Of a stretch of DNA of 64,000 nt, positions 19,233-28,873 are shown piece after piece. The translations under genes and the position numbers were made by a program. The stretch covers positions 20,690-84,689 of the forward strand of contig CAVXEH010000017.1 in assembly GCA_963760875.1 (NCBI GenBank), in the 5' to 3' direction. The notes beneath the pieces were generated by a model. The model was not told the origin of the DNA, made no database searches, and worked only from the letters and a program-made list of their open reading frames with translations. Source of the DNA: an uncultured Chloroflexia bacterium (GTDB lineage: Bacteria; Chloroflexota; Limnocylindria; QHBO01). Each line of letters starts with the position of its first letter. Position 1 is the stretch's first letter.

Positions 19233-20736
19233 CGGAACCGGATCCCCGGAGGCCCCGGTGGAAGGTGGGCGCCAGCGCGGGGTACAGCGCGCGAAACGCG
19301 GCGTGAGCCTCGGCATACGCCGCCGCTCGGGTTCCGTCGGGTGATGCAACCGGCGTCGTCCTGACCAGGGCGTCCGCCGCCTCTGCCACGTTCGCGAACC
19401 ATCCGGCGCCGACGGCGGCCAGCGTCGCGGCCCCAAAGGCGGCGCCCTCGGTCGTCGAGGGCGCGACCAGCTCGACGTCGAGCACGTCGGCCAGGATCTG
19501 GCGCCAGGTCGGGCTCGCCAGGCCGCCACCGGAGGCGCGGATCTGGGCCGGCCGCGCCATCCCGGCGGCAAGCATCAGGTCCAGCCCGTCGCGCAGCCCG
19601 AACGCCACACCCTCCAGGACGGCCCGGGTCAGGTGCCGCCGGTCGTGGGCCGTCGTGAGGCCGACGAACGCGCCACGGGCCTCCGGATCCGGGTGCGGGC
19701 TGCGCTCGCCAGTGAGGTAGGGGAGGAAGTGGAGCCCGTCCATGGCCGCCGAGACCGGCTCTGCTGAGGCAGCGAGGTCGCCGAATGCCTCGCCCGGCGC
19801 CAGGGCGTCGCGGAACCACCGGAAGCTGCCCGCCGCCGAGAGCATGACCGACATCAGGTGCCACCGATCGGGAACGGCGTGGCAGAAGGCGTGGACGCGC
19901 CCCTGCGCCTCGTGGATGGGCGACCGGGTGGCGGCGAAGATCACCCCGCTGGTGCCCAGTGACAGGGCCACGACGCCTTCGTCGATGGCGCCCACCCCAA
20001 CCCCGTTGGCGGCCTGGTCGCCGCCGCCAGCCACGACCGGCGTGCCGGCGCGGAGGCCGGTGGCCTCCGCGGCCGCGGCGGTGATGCGGCCCGTGATGGC
20101 CGGGCCCTCGAAGGTCGGCGGGAACCACGCCGGATCGAGCTCCAGCGCGCCGAGCACCTCCGGTGACCATGTGCGCGCCGCGAGATCGAAGAGCTGGGTG
20201 CCGGAGCCATCGGCGACGTCCATGGCCACCTCGCCGGTGAGCTGGCGACGCACCTCGTCCTTGGGCAGCAGCACGTGCGCGATGCGTCCGAACGCCTCCG
20301 GCTCGTGGTTGCGGACCCACAGCAGCTTGGGCGCGGTGAACCCGGTCAGCGCGTCGTTGCCGGTGACCTCGATGAGCCGATCGGGGCCGACCCGGGCCCG
20401 GATCTCGTCACATTCAGCCCCGGTGCGCTGGTCGTTCCACAGGATGGCGGGCCTGATGACCGCGCCCTCGCGATCGAGGAGCACGGCGCCGTGCATCTGG
20501 CCGGTCAGGCCCACCGCCTCGACGTCGTCGCCGGATGCCCCTGCTGCGGCGAGCGCCCGAGGGATCGCCTCCTGCGTGGCCGTCCACCACAGCGCCGGAT
20601 CCTGCTCGCTCCACAGCGGGCGCGGGGTCGAGAGACCGTACTCCGCGGTCCCCGTGCCGCGCACGGCCCCGCTGCCGTCGACCAGGATGGCCTTGGTCGC
20701 CGTGGTGGAGACATCGATCCCCAGGACCAGCGCCAT
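19225..20736 (-). CDS. xylB: Xylulokinase
   Basis: GIDVSTT, GQMHG, ILWNDQR, GGGDQ, SLGTSG, PYLTGERSP. Confidence 0.95.
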   Translation of the reverse strand: MALVLGIDVSTTATKAILVDGSGAVRGTGTAEYGLSTPRPLWSEQDPALWWTATQEAIPRALAAAGASGDDVEAVGLTGQMHGAVLLDREGAVIRPAILWNDQRTGAECDEIRARVGPDRLIEVTGNDALTGFTAPKLLWVRNHEPEAFGRIAHVLLPKDEVRRQLTGEVAMDVADGSGTQLFDLAARTWSPEVLGALELDPAWFPPTFEGPAITGRITAAAAEATGLRAGTPVVAGGGDQAANGVGVGAIDEGVVALSLGTSGVIFAATRSPIHEAQGRVHAFCHAVPDRWHLMSVMLSAAGSFRWFRDALAPGEAFGDLAASAEPVSAAMDGLHFLPYLTGERSPHPDPEARGAFVGLTTAHDRRHLTRAVLEGVAFGLRDGLDLMLAAGMARPAQIRASGGGLASPTWRQILADVLDVELVAPSTTEGAAFGAATLAAVGAGWFANVAEAADALVRTTPVASPDGTRAAAYAEAHAAFRALYPALAPTFHRGLRGSGSAS

Positions 20737-20739
20737 CGG

Positions 20740-22089
20740 TCAGCCCTCGTCGCTGCGCCCGACCGCCCAGATGCGCTGGTTGACGATGTTCTCGAGCCGT
20801 TCCTGCGCCCCGGAGACGGGACGCGGATCGATGCCCCCTGCCGCGACCGCGGCCTCCAGGTCCGCGAGGGTACGTTCGCCGGACAGGATGGCGGTCCCCA
20901 GCTCGCCGGACCAGCCGGCATAGCGCTCGTCACGAAGCCGCTGCAAGTCGCCCGCGGTGAGCATGTCCGCCGCCACCAGCAGCGCCCGGGCGAGCGTGTC
21001 GATCCCGCCGATGTGAGCGTGGAACAGGTCGCTGCGCGCCATGCTCTGCCGGCGGAGCTTGGTGTCGAAGTTGAACCCGCCGGTCGTGAACCCGCCGCCG
21101 CGCAGGATCTCGAAGAGCGCCAGCGACAGCTCGTCCACGGAGTTCGGGAACTGGTCGGTGTCCCAGCCGTTCTGGTAGTCGCCCCGGTTCACGTCGATGC
21201 TGCCGAAGATCCCGCCGGCCAGGGCGAGCGCCACCTCGTGGTGGAAGCTGTGGCCGGCCAGCGTGGCGTGGTTGACCTCGATGTTGACCCGGTACTCGTC
21301 GGCGAGCCCGTGACGGGCCAGGAAGCCGAGCACCGTCGCCACGTCGTAGTCGTACTGGTGCTTGGTGGGCTCCTGCGGCTTGGGCTCGATGAGGAGCGTG
21401 CCGCCGAAGCCGATGCGGTGTTTGTGGTCGGCGACCAGGGTCAGGAAGCGCGCGAGCTGGTCCTCTTCGCGGGCAAGGTCCGTGTTGAGCAGGGTCTCGT
21501 ACCCCTCACGGCCACCCCACAGCACGTAGTTCTCGCCGCCCAGCCGATGGGTGGCCTCCAGCATGTCCTTGACCTGGGCCGCGGCGTAGGCGAAGACCTC
21601 CGGATCCGGGTTGGTGGCTGCCCCTGCCGCGTACCGCGGATGGCTGAAGAGATTGGCCGTGCCCCACAGCAGGCGCTTGCCGGTGCGCGCCATGTGGCTC
21701 TCGATATCGGACACCATGGCGTCGAGGTTGGCGCGCGTCTCGGCGAAGGTGCGTCCCTCCGGGGCGACGTCGCGGTCGTGGAAGCAGAAGTAGGGGGTGC
21801 CGAGCTTGGCGAGGAACTCGAACGCGGCTGCCACCTTGGTCCGCGCGGCCGCCATGGGCTCCGTCGACGCGTCGAGCCAAGGCCGGTCAAAGGTCCCGGA
21901 GCCGAACACGTCGGATCCCGGCCAGTTGAACGAATGCCAGAGGCAGACGGCAATGCGAAGGTGATCCTCCATGCGCCTGCCGAGCACCTTGCGATCGGGG
22001 TCATAGACCTTGAAGGAGAACGGATCGGTGGAGCCGAGACCGGAGTAGGGGATCGGTTCCACGACGTCCGTGAAGAAGTCACCGTCCAC
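20740..22089 (-). CDS. xylA: Xylose isomerase (class II)
   Basis: [39 protein letters not shown]; GTG start after AGGAGG. Confidence 0.97.
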   Translation of the reverse strand: MDGDFFTDVVEPIPYSGLGSTDPFSFKVYDPDRKVLGRRMEDHLRIAVCLWHSFNWPGSDVFGSGTFDRPWLDASTEPMAAARTKVAAAFEFLAKLGTPYFCFHDRDVAPEGRTFAETRANLDAMVSDIESHMARTGKRLLWGTANLFSHPRYAAGAATNPDPEVFAYAAAQVKDMLEATHRLGGENYVLWGGREGYETLLNTDLAREEDQLARFLTLVADHKHRIGFGGTLLIEPKPQEPTKHQYDYDVATVLGFLARHGLADEYRVNIEVNHATLAGHSFHHEVALALAGGIFGSIDVNRGDYQNGWDTDQFPNSVDELSLALFEILRGGGFTTGGFNFDTKLRRQSMARSDLFHAHIGGIDTLARALLVAADMLTAGDLQRLRDERYAGWSGELGTAILSGERTLADLEAAVAAGGIDPRPVSGAQERLENIVNQRIWAVGRSDEG

Positions 22090-22143
22090 GTGCACCCTCC
22101 TGCGCCGCACTGCGTGCGTCGATCACGGACGAGCGTACCACAC

Positions 22144-22166
22144 GTTTGTGAGAAAGCAACACAAAC
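22144..22166. promoter_or_regulatory. Candidate XylR operator GTTTGTG-N9-CACAAAC
   Basis: Perfect 7-bp inverted repeat upstream of xylA, with GTTTGT/ACAAAC arms like those of ROK-type XylR operators. Confidence 0.7.
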
Positions 22167-22192
22167 TAGTCGGATGCTGGCGCAGATCGGCC

Positions 22193-23785
22193 TCAGCCGG
22201 TCGGCGGGGTCGGCAGCACGCCCACCAGGAGCCATCGGGCCCCGGTCGCCCGCCGCATCGCGAACGTGAGGGTGAAGGGCGACGCCTCCTGCGACTGGAG
22301 GGCTCCGTTCGCATCGTAGGTCAGGGAGGTGACGGTCCCGGTGGCCGTGAACCCCAGGCTCAGCCCGGTCTGCACCCCGAAGGGCACCAGCAGCGACACG
22401 TGCATGCTGTCGAACCGATAGCGCGCGATCGTGGTGGTCCCCGTCGCGATCGCCTCGTTGAGGCGATCCTGCATCTGGGCCAGCCGATCCCCGTGATCCA
22501 CCGCCGGCAGGATCGCCGGATCGTGCCGGAGGAGCGCCTGGCTCTCCAGCTCGAGGTTCTCCGCCAGGGTCAGGACGATCCCCTGCATCTCGGGGCCGGC
22601 GATCTGATGGTCCCAGTCGGCGACGTCCTGGCCAACCGTGAACGACGGGAGGGTTGCCGCGTTGATCTGGTGGGGAACCTGGCTGAGGAGCTCGGCGGCA
22701 TCCGGAAGCACGATGCCCCGTGCGGGCGTGCCGGCCGCGACGATGCCGACCCCCAGCAGCGGAACGGCCAGGGCCATGGCTCCCACCCGCGTGGCGCCGG
22801 CCCATCGCCAGCGGAGGCCGTCACGCCCGCTGGCAATCCGCCGCAGGAACGGTCGGAATGCATCGTCCGCCGAGCGCGCCGGGGGCAGCAGCCAGTCGAG
22901 GAGGGGACGGAAGGCGCACATGACGACCAGTCCCGCCAGCAGCCCCACCTTGGCCCCGAACTCGTTCGTCTGCGGCGCCATGAGCAGCGTGGTGGTGATG
23001 GCAACCAGGATGCCGAACACGATCCGCGCCACGCGCCCGGCCGGCGCCGTCCTGGGGTCGGTGATCATGAAGAACAGGAAGATGAGCACCTCGGGCGAGG
23101 TGACGATGACGCGCCAGAAGTCGACGCCGCAGACGGGCGCGAATGCCCAGCGGGCCGTCATGCAGTGTCCCGAGGCGGCGAGCACCCCGATGCCGATCGC
23201 GAGCAAGCCCCAGTACGTGACGGCCAGAGCGAGGAGGTGGAGCCGGCGGGTGATGAGGATCCCGCCACCGATGATGACCGCGTATGCAACGATCATGGGC
23301 GGGTCGAGGGGCGCCCACCAGAAGTCGAGCGGCTCGATGCGGGTGCTGCCCAGGATCAGGAACGCCGCCACCAGGCCTACGTTGGACGGGTTGAACAGGT
23401 GCGCGCCGCGGAAGCGGAGGACGTACTTCGTCAGCAGCGAGAGGCCGGCGACGGCGGCGAAGACGTACCAGCCGGCGAAGGTCCAGTGGTCGTCCGGGCG
23501 GGTCCCGACGTAGCGCAGGATGAGCGCCACGCCGCTGCCGGTCAGCATGGCGCTCGCCGGCCATACGATCGAGCGCGTCTCGCGGAAGGTGAGCGCCAGC
23601 TCGATCACGGCGCAGGTGAGGATCGCGGCCAGGATCTGCGGGACGCTGACGGCAAAGTGCAGGCCTACCTGGCCCAGGACGTGGATGGTGATGATGACCG
23701 CCGCCACGTGGAGGCGGGGATCCCGGAGCTTGGGGAGGACCACCGGATAGCTGGTGCCCCGGACGGTGAGCGCTCGCGCCGTCAC
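22193..23785 (-). CDS. RnfD/NqrB-like (UnbU-like) membrane protein with C-terminal soluble domain
   Basis: SAMLTG, HLFNPSNVG, FFMITDPRTAP motifs; multiple TM helices; start uncertain (23785 or 23842). Confidence 0.75.
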   Translation of the reverse strand: MTARALTVRGTSYPVVLPKLRDPRLHVAAVIITIHVLGQVGLHFAVSVPQILAAILTCAVIELALTFRETRSIVWPASAMLTGSGVALILRYVGTRPDDHWTFAGWYVFAAVAGLSLLTKYVLRFRGAHLFNPSNVGLVAAFLILGSTRIEPLDFWWAPLDPPMIVAYAVIIGGGILITRRLHLLALAVTYWGLLAIGIGVLAASGHCMTARWAFAPVCGVDFWRVIVTSPEVLIFLFFMITDPRTAPAGRVARIVFGILVAITTTLLMAPQTNEFGAKVGLLAGLVVMCAFRPLLDWLLPPARSADDAFRPFLRRIASGRDGLRWRWAGATRVGAMALAVPLLGVGIVAAGTPARGIVLPDAAELLSQVPHQINAATLPSFTVGQDVADWDHQIAGPEMQGIVLTLAENLELESQALLRHDPAILPAVDHGDRLAQMQDRLNEAIATGTTTIARYRFDSMHVSLLVPFGVQTGLSLGFTATGTVTSLTYDANGALQSQEASPFTLTFAMRRATGARWLLVGVLPTPPTG

Positions 23786-23949
23786 GGGCGCCTGGTCCCG
23801 CCGCGCGCCGCGCACCGGCGGCGACGGCCGCGCAGGATGCATCGAGGAATCGGTCCGGCAGGCATTCCCATCTTCAAGGATAGCCGCCCGCGGCTGCGAG
23901 GGGCATACTTCATGCGATTGTCCTGAGTGGCAGCATGGAGGGATTACCG

Positions 23950-24573
23950 ATGGCACGCGATGAAGAGCGCCTCGCCCGCGCCCGGCAGGATCCGATCGTC
24001 GGCAGCCTGCCCGATGTTCCCGGCATCGTGGTGGCGATGCAGCTGACGTCCGGCCTGGGCTTCCACATGCGCGGGCTCGCCGACGAGCTCCTCGTCAATG
24101 ACTACCCCGGAACGACGCTGACGCGCGCCGACCGCGAGCTGCTCGCCGCAGCGGTATCGGCGGCCAACGGCTGCTTCTTCTGCATGGACTCGCACGGCGA
24201 GCACGCCACCGCGCTGCTCCAGCGGGACGGCGACACGGAGCGCATTGCGCTCATTGACACGATCAAGATGGGCTCGTCGGAGGGCTTCGACGCAAAAATG
24301 CAGGCGCTGCTGCACGTGGCCCGGACGGTCGGTGGTGACGCGCGCCAGCTTTCTGCCGAGGACGTGGCCGCCGCGGTGGCCGCCGGTGCGAGCGACGCCG
24401 ACGTCCAGCTCGCGGTCCTCATCGCGGCCGGGTTCTCCATGTACAACCGCATGGTCGACGGTTTCAGGGCCAGGACTGCCGGATCGCTCGAGGCCTATCG
24501 CGCGCGCGCCGCGGAGATCGCGGAGCACGGCTACAGCGCCCCAGCGGGCACGCCAGCGATGGCCAAGGCCTAG
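23950..24573 (+). CDS. AhpD/carboxymuconolactone decarboxylase-family protein
   Basis: DRELLAAAVSAANGCFFCMDSH (CxxC...H), MYNRMVDG. Confidence 0.85.
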   Translation: MARDEERLARARQDPIVGSLPDVPGIVVAMQLTSGLGFHMRGLADELLVNDYPGTTLTRADRELLAAAVSAANGCFFCMDSHGEHATALLQRDGDTERIALIDTIKMGSSEGFDAKMQALLHVARTVGGDARQLSAEDVAAAVAAGASDADVQLAVLIAAGFSMYNRMVDGFRARTAGSLEAYRARAAEIAEHGYSAPAGTPAMAKA

Positions 24574-24767
24574 CGCCACCGACGGAGCCCGGGTCCGCCC
24601 GGCGAAACGGGCCATTCGGCATCCGATGGGAAGGATGTTCCTCCCTTCCGTCGCTGCCGCGCGCCCCGTAGCGTCCGCGTGCCGAGACCCCGCAGTCCGC
24701 CGGCCATGTGCCGTGTGCCTGTTCGACGTGCGTGGCTCGTGGAGCCGCGCGGAGGATGCACGCCCGC

Positions 24768-26168
24768 ATGAACGCCCTCGACCTCGCTCGCTGGCAGTTC
24801 GGCATCACGACCGTCTACCACTTCCTGTTCGTCCCGCTCACCATTGGGCTGGCCTTCCTGGTTGCCGGCCTGCAGACGGCCTGGGTGCGCAGCGGGAATG
24901 AGAGCTACCTGCGCCTGACGAAGTTCTTCGGAGAGCTGTTCCTCATCAACTTCGCGCTCGGGGTGGTGACCGGGATCGTGCAGGAGTTCCAGTTCGGGAT
25001 GAACTGGAGCGACTACAGCCGGTTCGTGGGCGACATCTTCGGCGCGCCGCTGGCCATCGAGGGGCTGCTGGCCTTTTTCCTGGAGTCGACGTTCCTGGGC
25101 CTGTGGATCTTCGGTTGGGGCCGGCTTTCCAGGCGGGTGCACCTCGCGACGATCTGGCTGGCCGCCATCGGCACCGTGCTGTCGGCCTACTTCATCCTGG
25201 CCGCGAACGCGTGGATGCAGAACCCGGTCGGCTATACCCTGAATGCGGCGAGCGGCCGCGCGGAGCTCACCGACTTCGGTGCGGTGCTGACCAACAAGCT
25301 GGCGCTCATCACCTTCGCCCATACCATCGTCGCCGCGTTCATGACCGCGGGCGCCTTCATGGCCGGGATTGCCCTCTGGCGGCTCGCGCGTCACCCGGAC
25401 CAGGATCGGGAGGCGTTCCGCAGCGTGGCGCGCCTGGGCGCGGTCACCGTGCTGGTGGCCGCCCTCCTGGTCGTGGTCAGCGGTGACCAGCAGGCTCGGG
25501 TGATGACCAGCGTGCAGCCCATGAAGATGGCCGCTGCCGAGGCACTCTACGACACCAGCCAGCCGGCATCGTTCAGCCTCTTCACCGTGGGTACGCTCGA
25601 CGGCGGCAAGGAGGTTTTCTCCATCCGCGTTCCCGACCTGCTGTCCTTCCTCGCCACCGGCGACCTCAACGGCACGGTCGAGGGCATCAACGACCTGCAG
25701 TCGCAGTACCAGGCGCTGTACGGGCCCGGCGACTACCGGCCGATCGTGCCCCTGACCTACTGGTCGTTCCGCCTGATGATCGGGGCCGGAGCCCTCGCCG
25801 CGCTGGCGGCGCTGTGGATGCTGTGGGCGCTGCGCCGTCGTGGTGTGAGGCCCACGCGCTGGCTGGTCGGGACGGCGATTGCCCTGCCGCTCCTGCCCCT
25901 GGCGGCCAACTCCATTGGCTGGATCTTCACCGAGATGGGGCGCCAGCCGTGGATCGTGTTCGGGCTGATGGGCACCGCGTCCGGTGTCTCGCCGGGAACG
26001 CCCGCCTGGGAGGTTCTCGTCACGATGGTCGGCTTCACGCTGCTGTACGGGGTCCTGGCGGTCGTGGAGGTGCGGCTCCTGCTGCGCCGGATCCGGGCGG
26101 GCCTGCCGTCGCTCGAGGAGGCGACCGCCGACCACGACGCGGACGAGCCATTCAGCTTCGCCTACTAG
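24768..26168 (+). CDS. cydA: Cytochrome bd oxidase subunit I
   Basis: LARWQF...YHFLF, EFQFGMNW, QPMKMAAAE, EMGRQPW. Confidence 0.97.
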   Translation: MNALDLARWQFGITTVYHFLFVPLTIGLAFLVAGLQTAWVRSGNESYLRLTKFFGELFLINFALGVVTGIVQEFQFGMNWSDYSRFVGDIFGAPLAIEGLLAFFLESTFLGLWIFGWGRLSRRVHLATIWLAAIGTVLSAYFILAANAWMQNPVGYTLNAASGRAELTDFGAVLTNKLALITFAHTIVAAFMTAGAFMAGIALWRLARHPDQDREAFRSVARLGAVTVLVAALLVVVSGDQQARVMTSVQPMKMAAAEALYDTSQPASFSLFTVGTLDGGKEVFSIRVPDLLSFLATGDLNGTVEGINDLQSQYQALYGPGDYRPIVPLTYWSFRLMIGAGALAALAALWMLWALRRRGVRPTRWLVGTAIALPLLPLAANSIGWIFTEMGRQPWIVFGLMGTASGVSPGTPAWEVLVTMVGFTLLYGVLAVVEVRLLLRRIRAGLPSLEEATADHDADEPFSFAY

Positions 26169-26186
26169 GAAAGGGACCGCGCCGCC

Positions 26187-27215
26187 ATGCACCTGACCGA
26201 CATCTGGTTCGCGCTCATCGCGATCCTCTGGATCGGCTATCTCGTCCTGGAGGGCTTCGACTTCGGCGTCGGCGTCCTGCTGCCGGTCCTGGGCCGGACC
26301 AGCGAACAGCGACGGGTCCTGATCAACACCATCGGCCCCGTGTGGGACGGGAACGAGGTCTGGCTGCTGGTTGCCGGCGGCGCGACCTTCGCCGCCTTCC
26401 CGGAATGGTACGCAAGCCTCTTCTCCGGGTTCTACCTGGCCCTGTTCCTCATCCTGGTGGCCCTCATCGTGCGGGGCGTTGCCTTTGAGTACCGCAACAA
26501 GCGTCCCGAGCCTGCCTGGCGCCGCCGCTGGGACATCGCGATCTTCGTGGGCTCGCTGCTGCCCGCCGTCCTGTGGGGCGTCGCGTTCGCCAACATCGTC
26601 GCCGGCGTGCCCCTCGACGCCAACCACGAGTTCACCGGCAACCTGCTCACCCTGCTGAACCCGTATGCGCTGCTCGGCGGCCTCACGACCCTGGGCCTGT
26701 TCGTGACGCATGGCGCGGTCTTCCTTGCCCTGCGCACGACCGACGATCTGCGCGCGCGGGCGAACCGCATCGCGGGGCGCTCAGGGCTGGCGGCCGCGGT
26801 CCTGGCGGTCGCCTTCCTGGCGTGGACCTGGGCGCAGCGTGGCGACGGCGTGACCCTGGTCCTGTCGGTGGTGACCGCAGCAGCGTTCGTGGGCGGTCTG
26901 CTGGCCAACCGCGTCCGTCGCGAGGGCTGGGCCTTTGTCGGCTCCGCGCTGACCATCGCGCTGGCGGTTGTCACCCTGTTCGTGACCCTCTATCCGGACG
27001 TGCTGCCGTCGAGCACCGATCCGGCATGGAGCCTGACCGTCACGAACGCCGCGTCGACCTCCTACACCCTGACGATCATGACCGTGGTGGCGGTCATCTT
27101 CACGCCCATCGTGCTGATCTACCAGGGATGGACCTACTGGGTCTTCCGCCATCGGATCGGACTGGGGAAGGCGGCAGACGCCGCACCGGAGCCTGGCGAG
27201 ACGTCGGGCGGGTGA
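26187..27215 (+). CDS. cydB: Cytochrome bd oxidase subunit II
   Basis: LEGFDFGVG, GPVWDGNEVWL, FAAFPEWY. Confidence 0.97.
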   Translation: MHLTDIWFALIAILWIGYLVLEGFDFGVGVLLPVLGRTSEQRRVLINTIGPVWDGNEVWLLVAGGATFAAFPEWYASLFSGFYLALFLILVALIVRGVAFEYRNKRPEPAWRRRWDIAIFVGSLLPAVLWGVAFANIVAGVPLDANHEFTGNLLTLLNPYALLGGLTTLGLFVTHGAVFLALRTTDDLRARANRIAGRSGLAAAVLAVAFLAWTWAQRGDGVTLVLSVVTAAAFVGGLLANRVRREGWAFVGSALTIALAVVTLFVTLYPDVLPSSTDPAWSLTVTNAASTSYTLTIMTVVAVIFTPIVLIYQGWTYWVFRHRIGLGKAADAAPEPGETSGG

Positions 27216-28873
27216 GGCGGTTCGACCCGCGCCTCCTGGCACACGCACGGGCGGCGCGGATCCACCTGGCGTCGAGCGTGGTGCTGGGCCTGGCCTCTGC
27301 CGGGCTCGCCATCGGCCAGGCTGCCCTTTTGGCGTACGCGATCAGCGGGGCCGTCACGCGCGGCGCTGGTCTGGCGGCGCTGGCCCCCACCCTGGGCTGG
27401 CTGGCGTTGGTGCTCGCCGCGCGGGCGCTCCTGGGGTGGCTGCGCGAATCGACCGCCGTTGCCGCATCGGCGCAGGTGAAGTCGACCCTCCGCATGGGGA
27501 TCCTGCGGCGTGCCGTCGAGCTGGGCCCGCGCCGCGCGGTGGGTGGTGGTGAGGGAGAGGTCGTTGCCCTTGCGACCGAGGGCATCGACGCGCTCGACGG
27601 CTACTTCTCGCGTTATCTGCCCCAGCTGGTCCTGGCCGCCGTCCTCCCGGTCGTGGTGGTGGCGATCCTCCTCCGCGTCGACGCCGTGGCCGGGCTGACC
27701 GTGGGGCTGACCCTGCCGCTGATGGTGGTCTTCATGGTGCTCATTGGCCTGGCCACCGAAGCGCATCGCCGGCGCCGATGGCGGGCCTTCACGCGCCTCG
27801 CGCAGTATTTCGGTGACGTCGTGGCCGGATTGCCGACGCTCAAGCTGTTCGGAGGCGCGGCGGCCCAGGAGGCAGGGCTGGCCCGCGTGACCGATGCCTA
27901 TCGCCGTGAGAGCCTGGGGGCCCTGCGGGTCGCGTTCCTCTCTGCCTTCGTGCTCGAGCTCGGGGCCACGCTCTCGGTGGCCATGGTGGCGGTGGGCATC
28001 GGCCTACGGCTGGTCGGTGGCGCGCTGGATCTGCAGACCGGGCTGTTCGTCCTGATCCTTGCCCCCGAGGCGTACCTCCCGCTCCGGCAGCTGGGCGCCC
28101 ACTTCCACGCCAGCGAGCAGGGGCTGGCCGCCGCAGACGCTGCGTTCAGGATCATCGAGGCACCCTCGCCGAGCGACGGTGACAGCTATGCGGTTCCCGA
28201 CCTCCGCCGCGGCCGGCTCGTGGTTCGCGACCTGACGATCCCGCAGCCGGGACGTGCGCTTGCGGCGCCCCACCGCGCCAGCCTGGAGGTCCGCGGCGGT
28301 GAGCTCGTGGCGCTGGCGGGCCCCAGCGGCGTGGGCAAGACCTCCCTGCTCCTGGCCGTCGCGGGGCTGCTTTCGCCGAGTGAGGGATCCATCGTCGTGG
28401 AGGACGGGCACGTTGCGTCCGACGTGGCATCCATGGCCCGGGCTGCGTGGCACCGCCAGATCGCCTGGGTGCCGCAGGAGCCCTACCTGGTCGCCGGTAC
28501 CGTCGCGGACAACGTCCGGCTCGTGGAGCCGGAGGCGGACGACGCCGCCGTGCGGCGCGCCCTTGCGGCGGTGGGCCTGGGGGCGCTCGATCCGGCGACC
28601 CGCCTTGGGGAGGGGGGTGCCGGCCTGTCCAGCGGGCAGCGCCGGCGGGTCGCCGTCGCCCGCGCCTTCGTGCGCGACGCGCCACTGGTGCTGCTGGACG
28701 AGCCGACCGCGGGGCTCGACGAGCCGACCGAGACGTCAGTCCTTCGCGCCCTCCTGGCGCTGGCGCGTCAGGACCGCAGGGCTGTCCTCATTGTCGCCCA
28801 CCGGCCCGCGGCCCTGGCGGTGGCGGACCGTGTCGTCCGCCTGGTTGACCGCGGGGAGGCACTGGCAGCATGA
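27212..28873 (+). CDS. cydD: Thiol-reductant ABC exporter subunit
   Basis: YFSRYLPQL, LILAPEAYLPLRQLGAHFHAS, GPSGVGKT, LSSGQRRR; GTG overlaps the cydB stop. Confidence 0.92.
   Translation: MRRFDPRLLAHARAARIHLASSVVLGLASAGLAIGQAALLAYAISGAVTRGAGLAALAPTLGWLALVLAARALLGWLRESTAVAASAQVKSTLRMGILRRAVELGPRRAVGGGEGEVVALATEGIDALDGYFSRYLPQLVLAAVLPVVVVAILLRVDAVAGLTVGLTLPLMVVFMVLIGLATEAHRRRRWRAFTRLAQYFGDVVAGLPTLKLFGGAAAQEAGLARVTDAYRRESLGALRVAFLSAFVLELGATLSVAMVAVGIGLRLVGGALDLQTGLFVLILAPEAYLPLRQLGAHFHASEQGLAAADAAFRIIEAPSPSDGDSYAVPDLRRGRLVVRDLTIPQPGRALAAPHRASLEVRGGELVALAGPSGVGKTSLLLAVAGLLSPSEGSIVVEDGHVASDVASMARAAWHRQIAWVPQEPYLVAGTVADNVRLVEPEADDAAVRRALAAVGLGALDPATRLGEGGAGLSSGQRRRVAVARAFVRDAPLVLLDEPTAGLDEPTETSVLRALLALARQDRRAVLIVAHRPAALAVADRVVRLVDRGEALAA

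Noticed and set aside
10927-23785. Enediyne biosynthetic cluster (UnbV/UnbU)
   Set aside because: No PKS, thioesterase or UnbL in the window; the context is sugar catabolism
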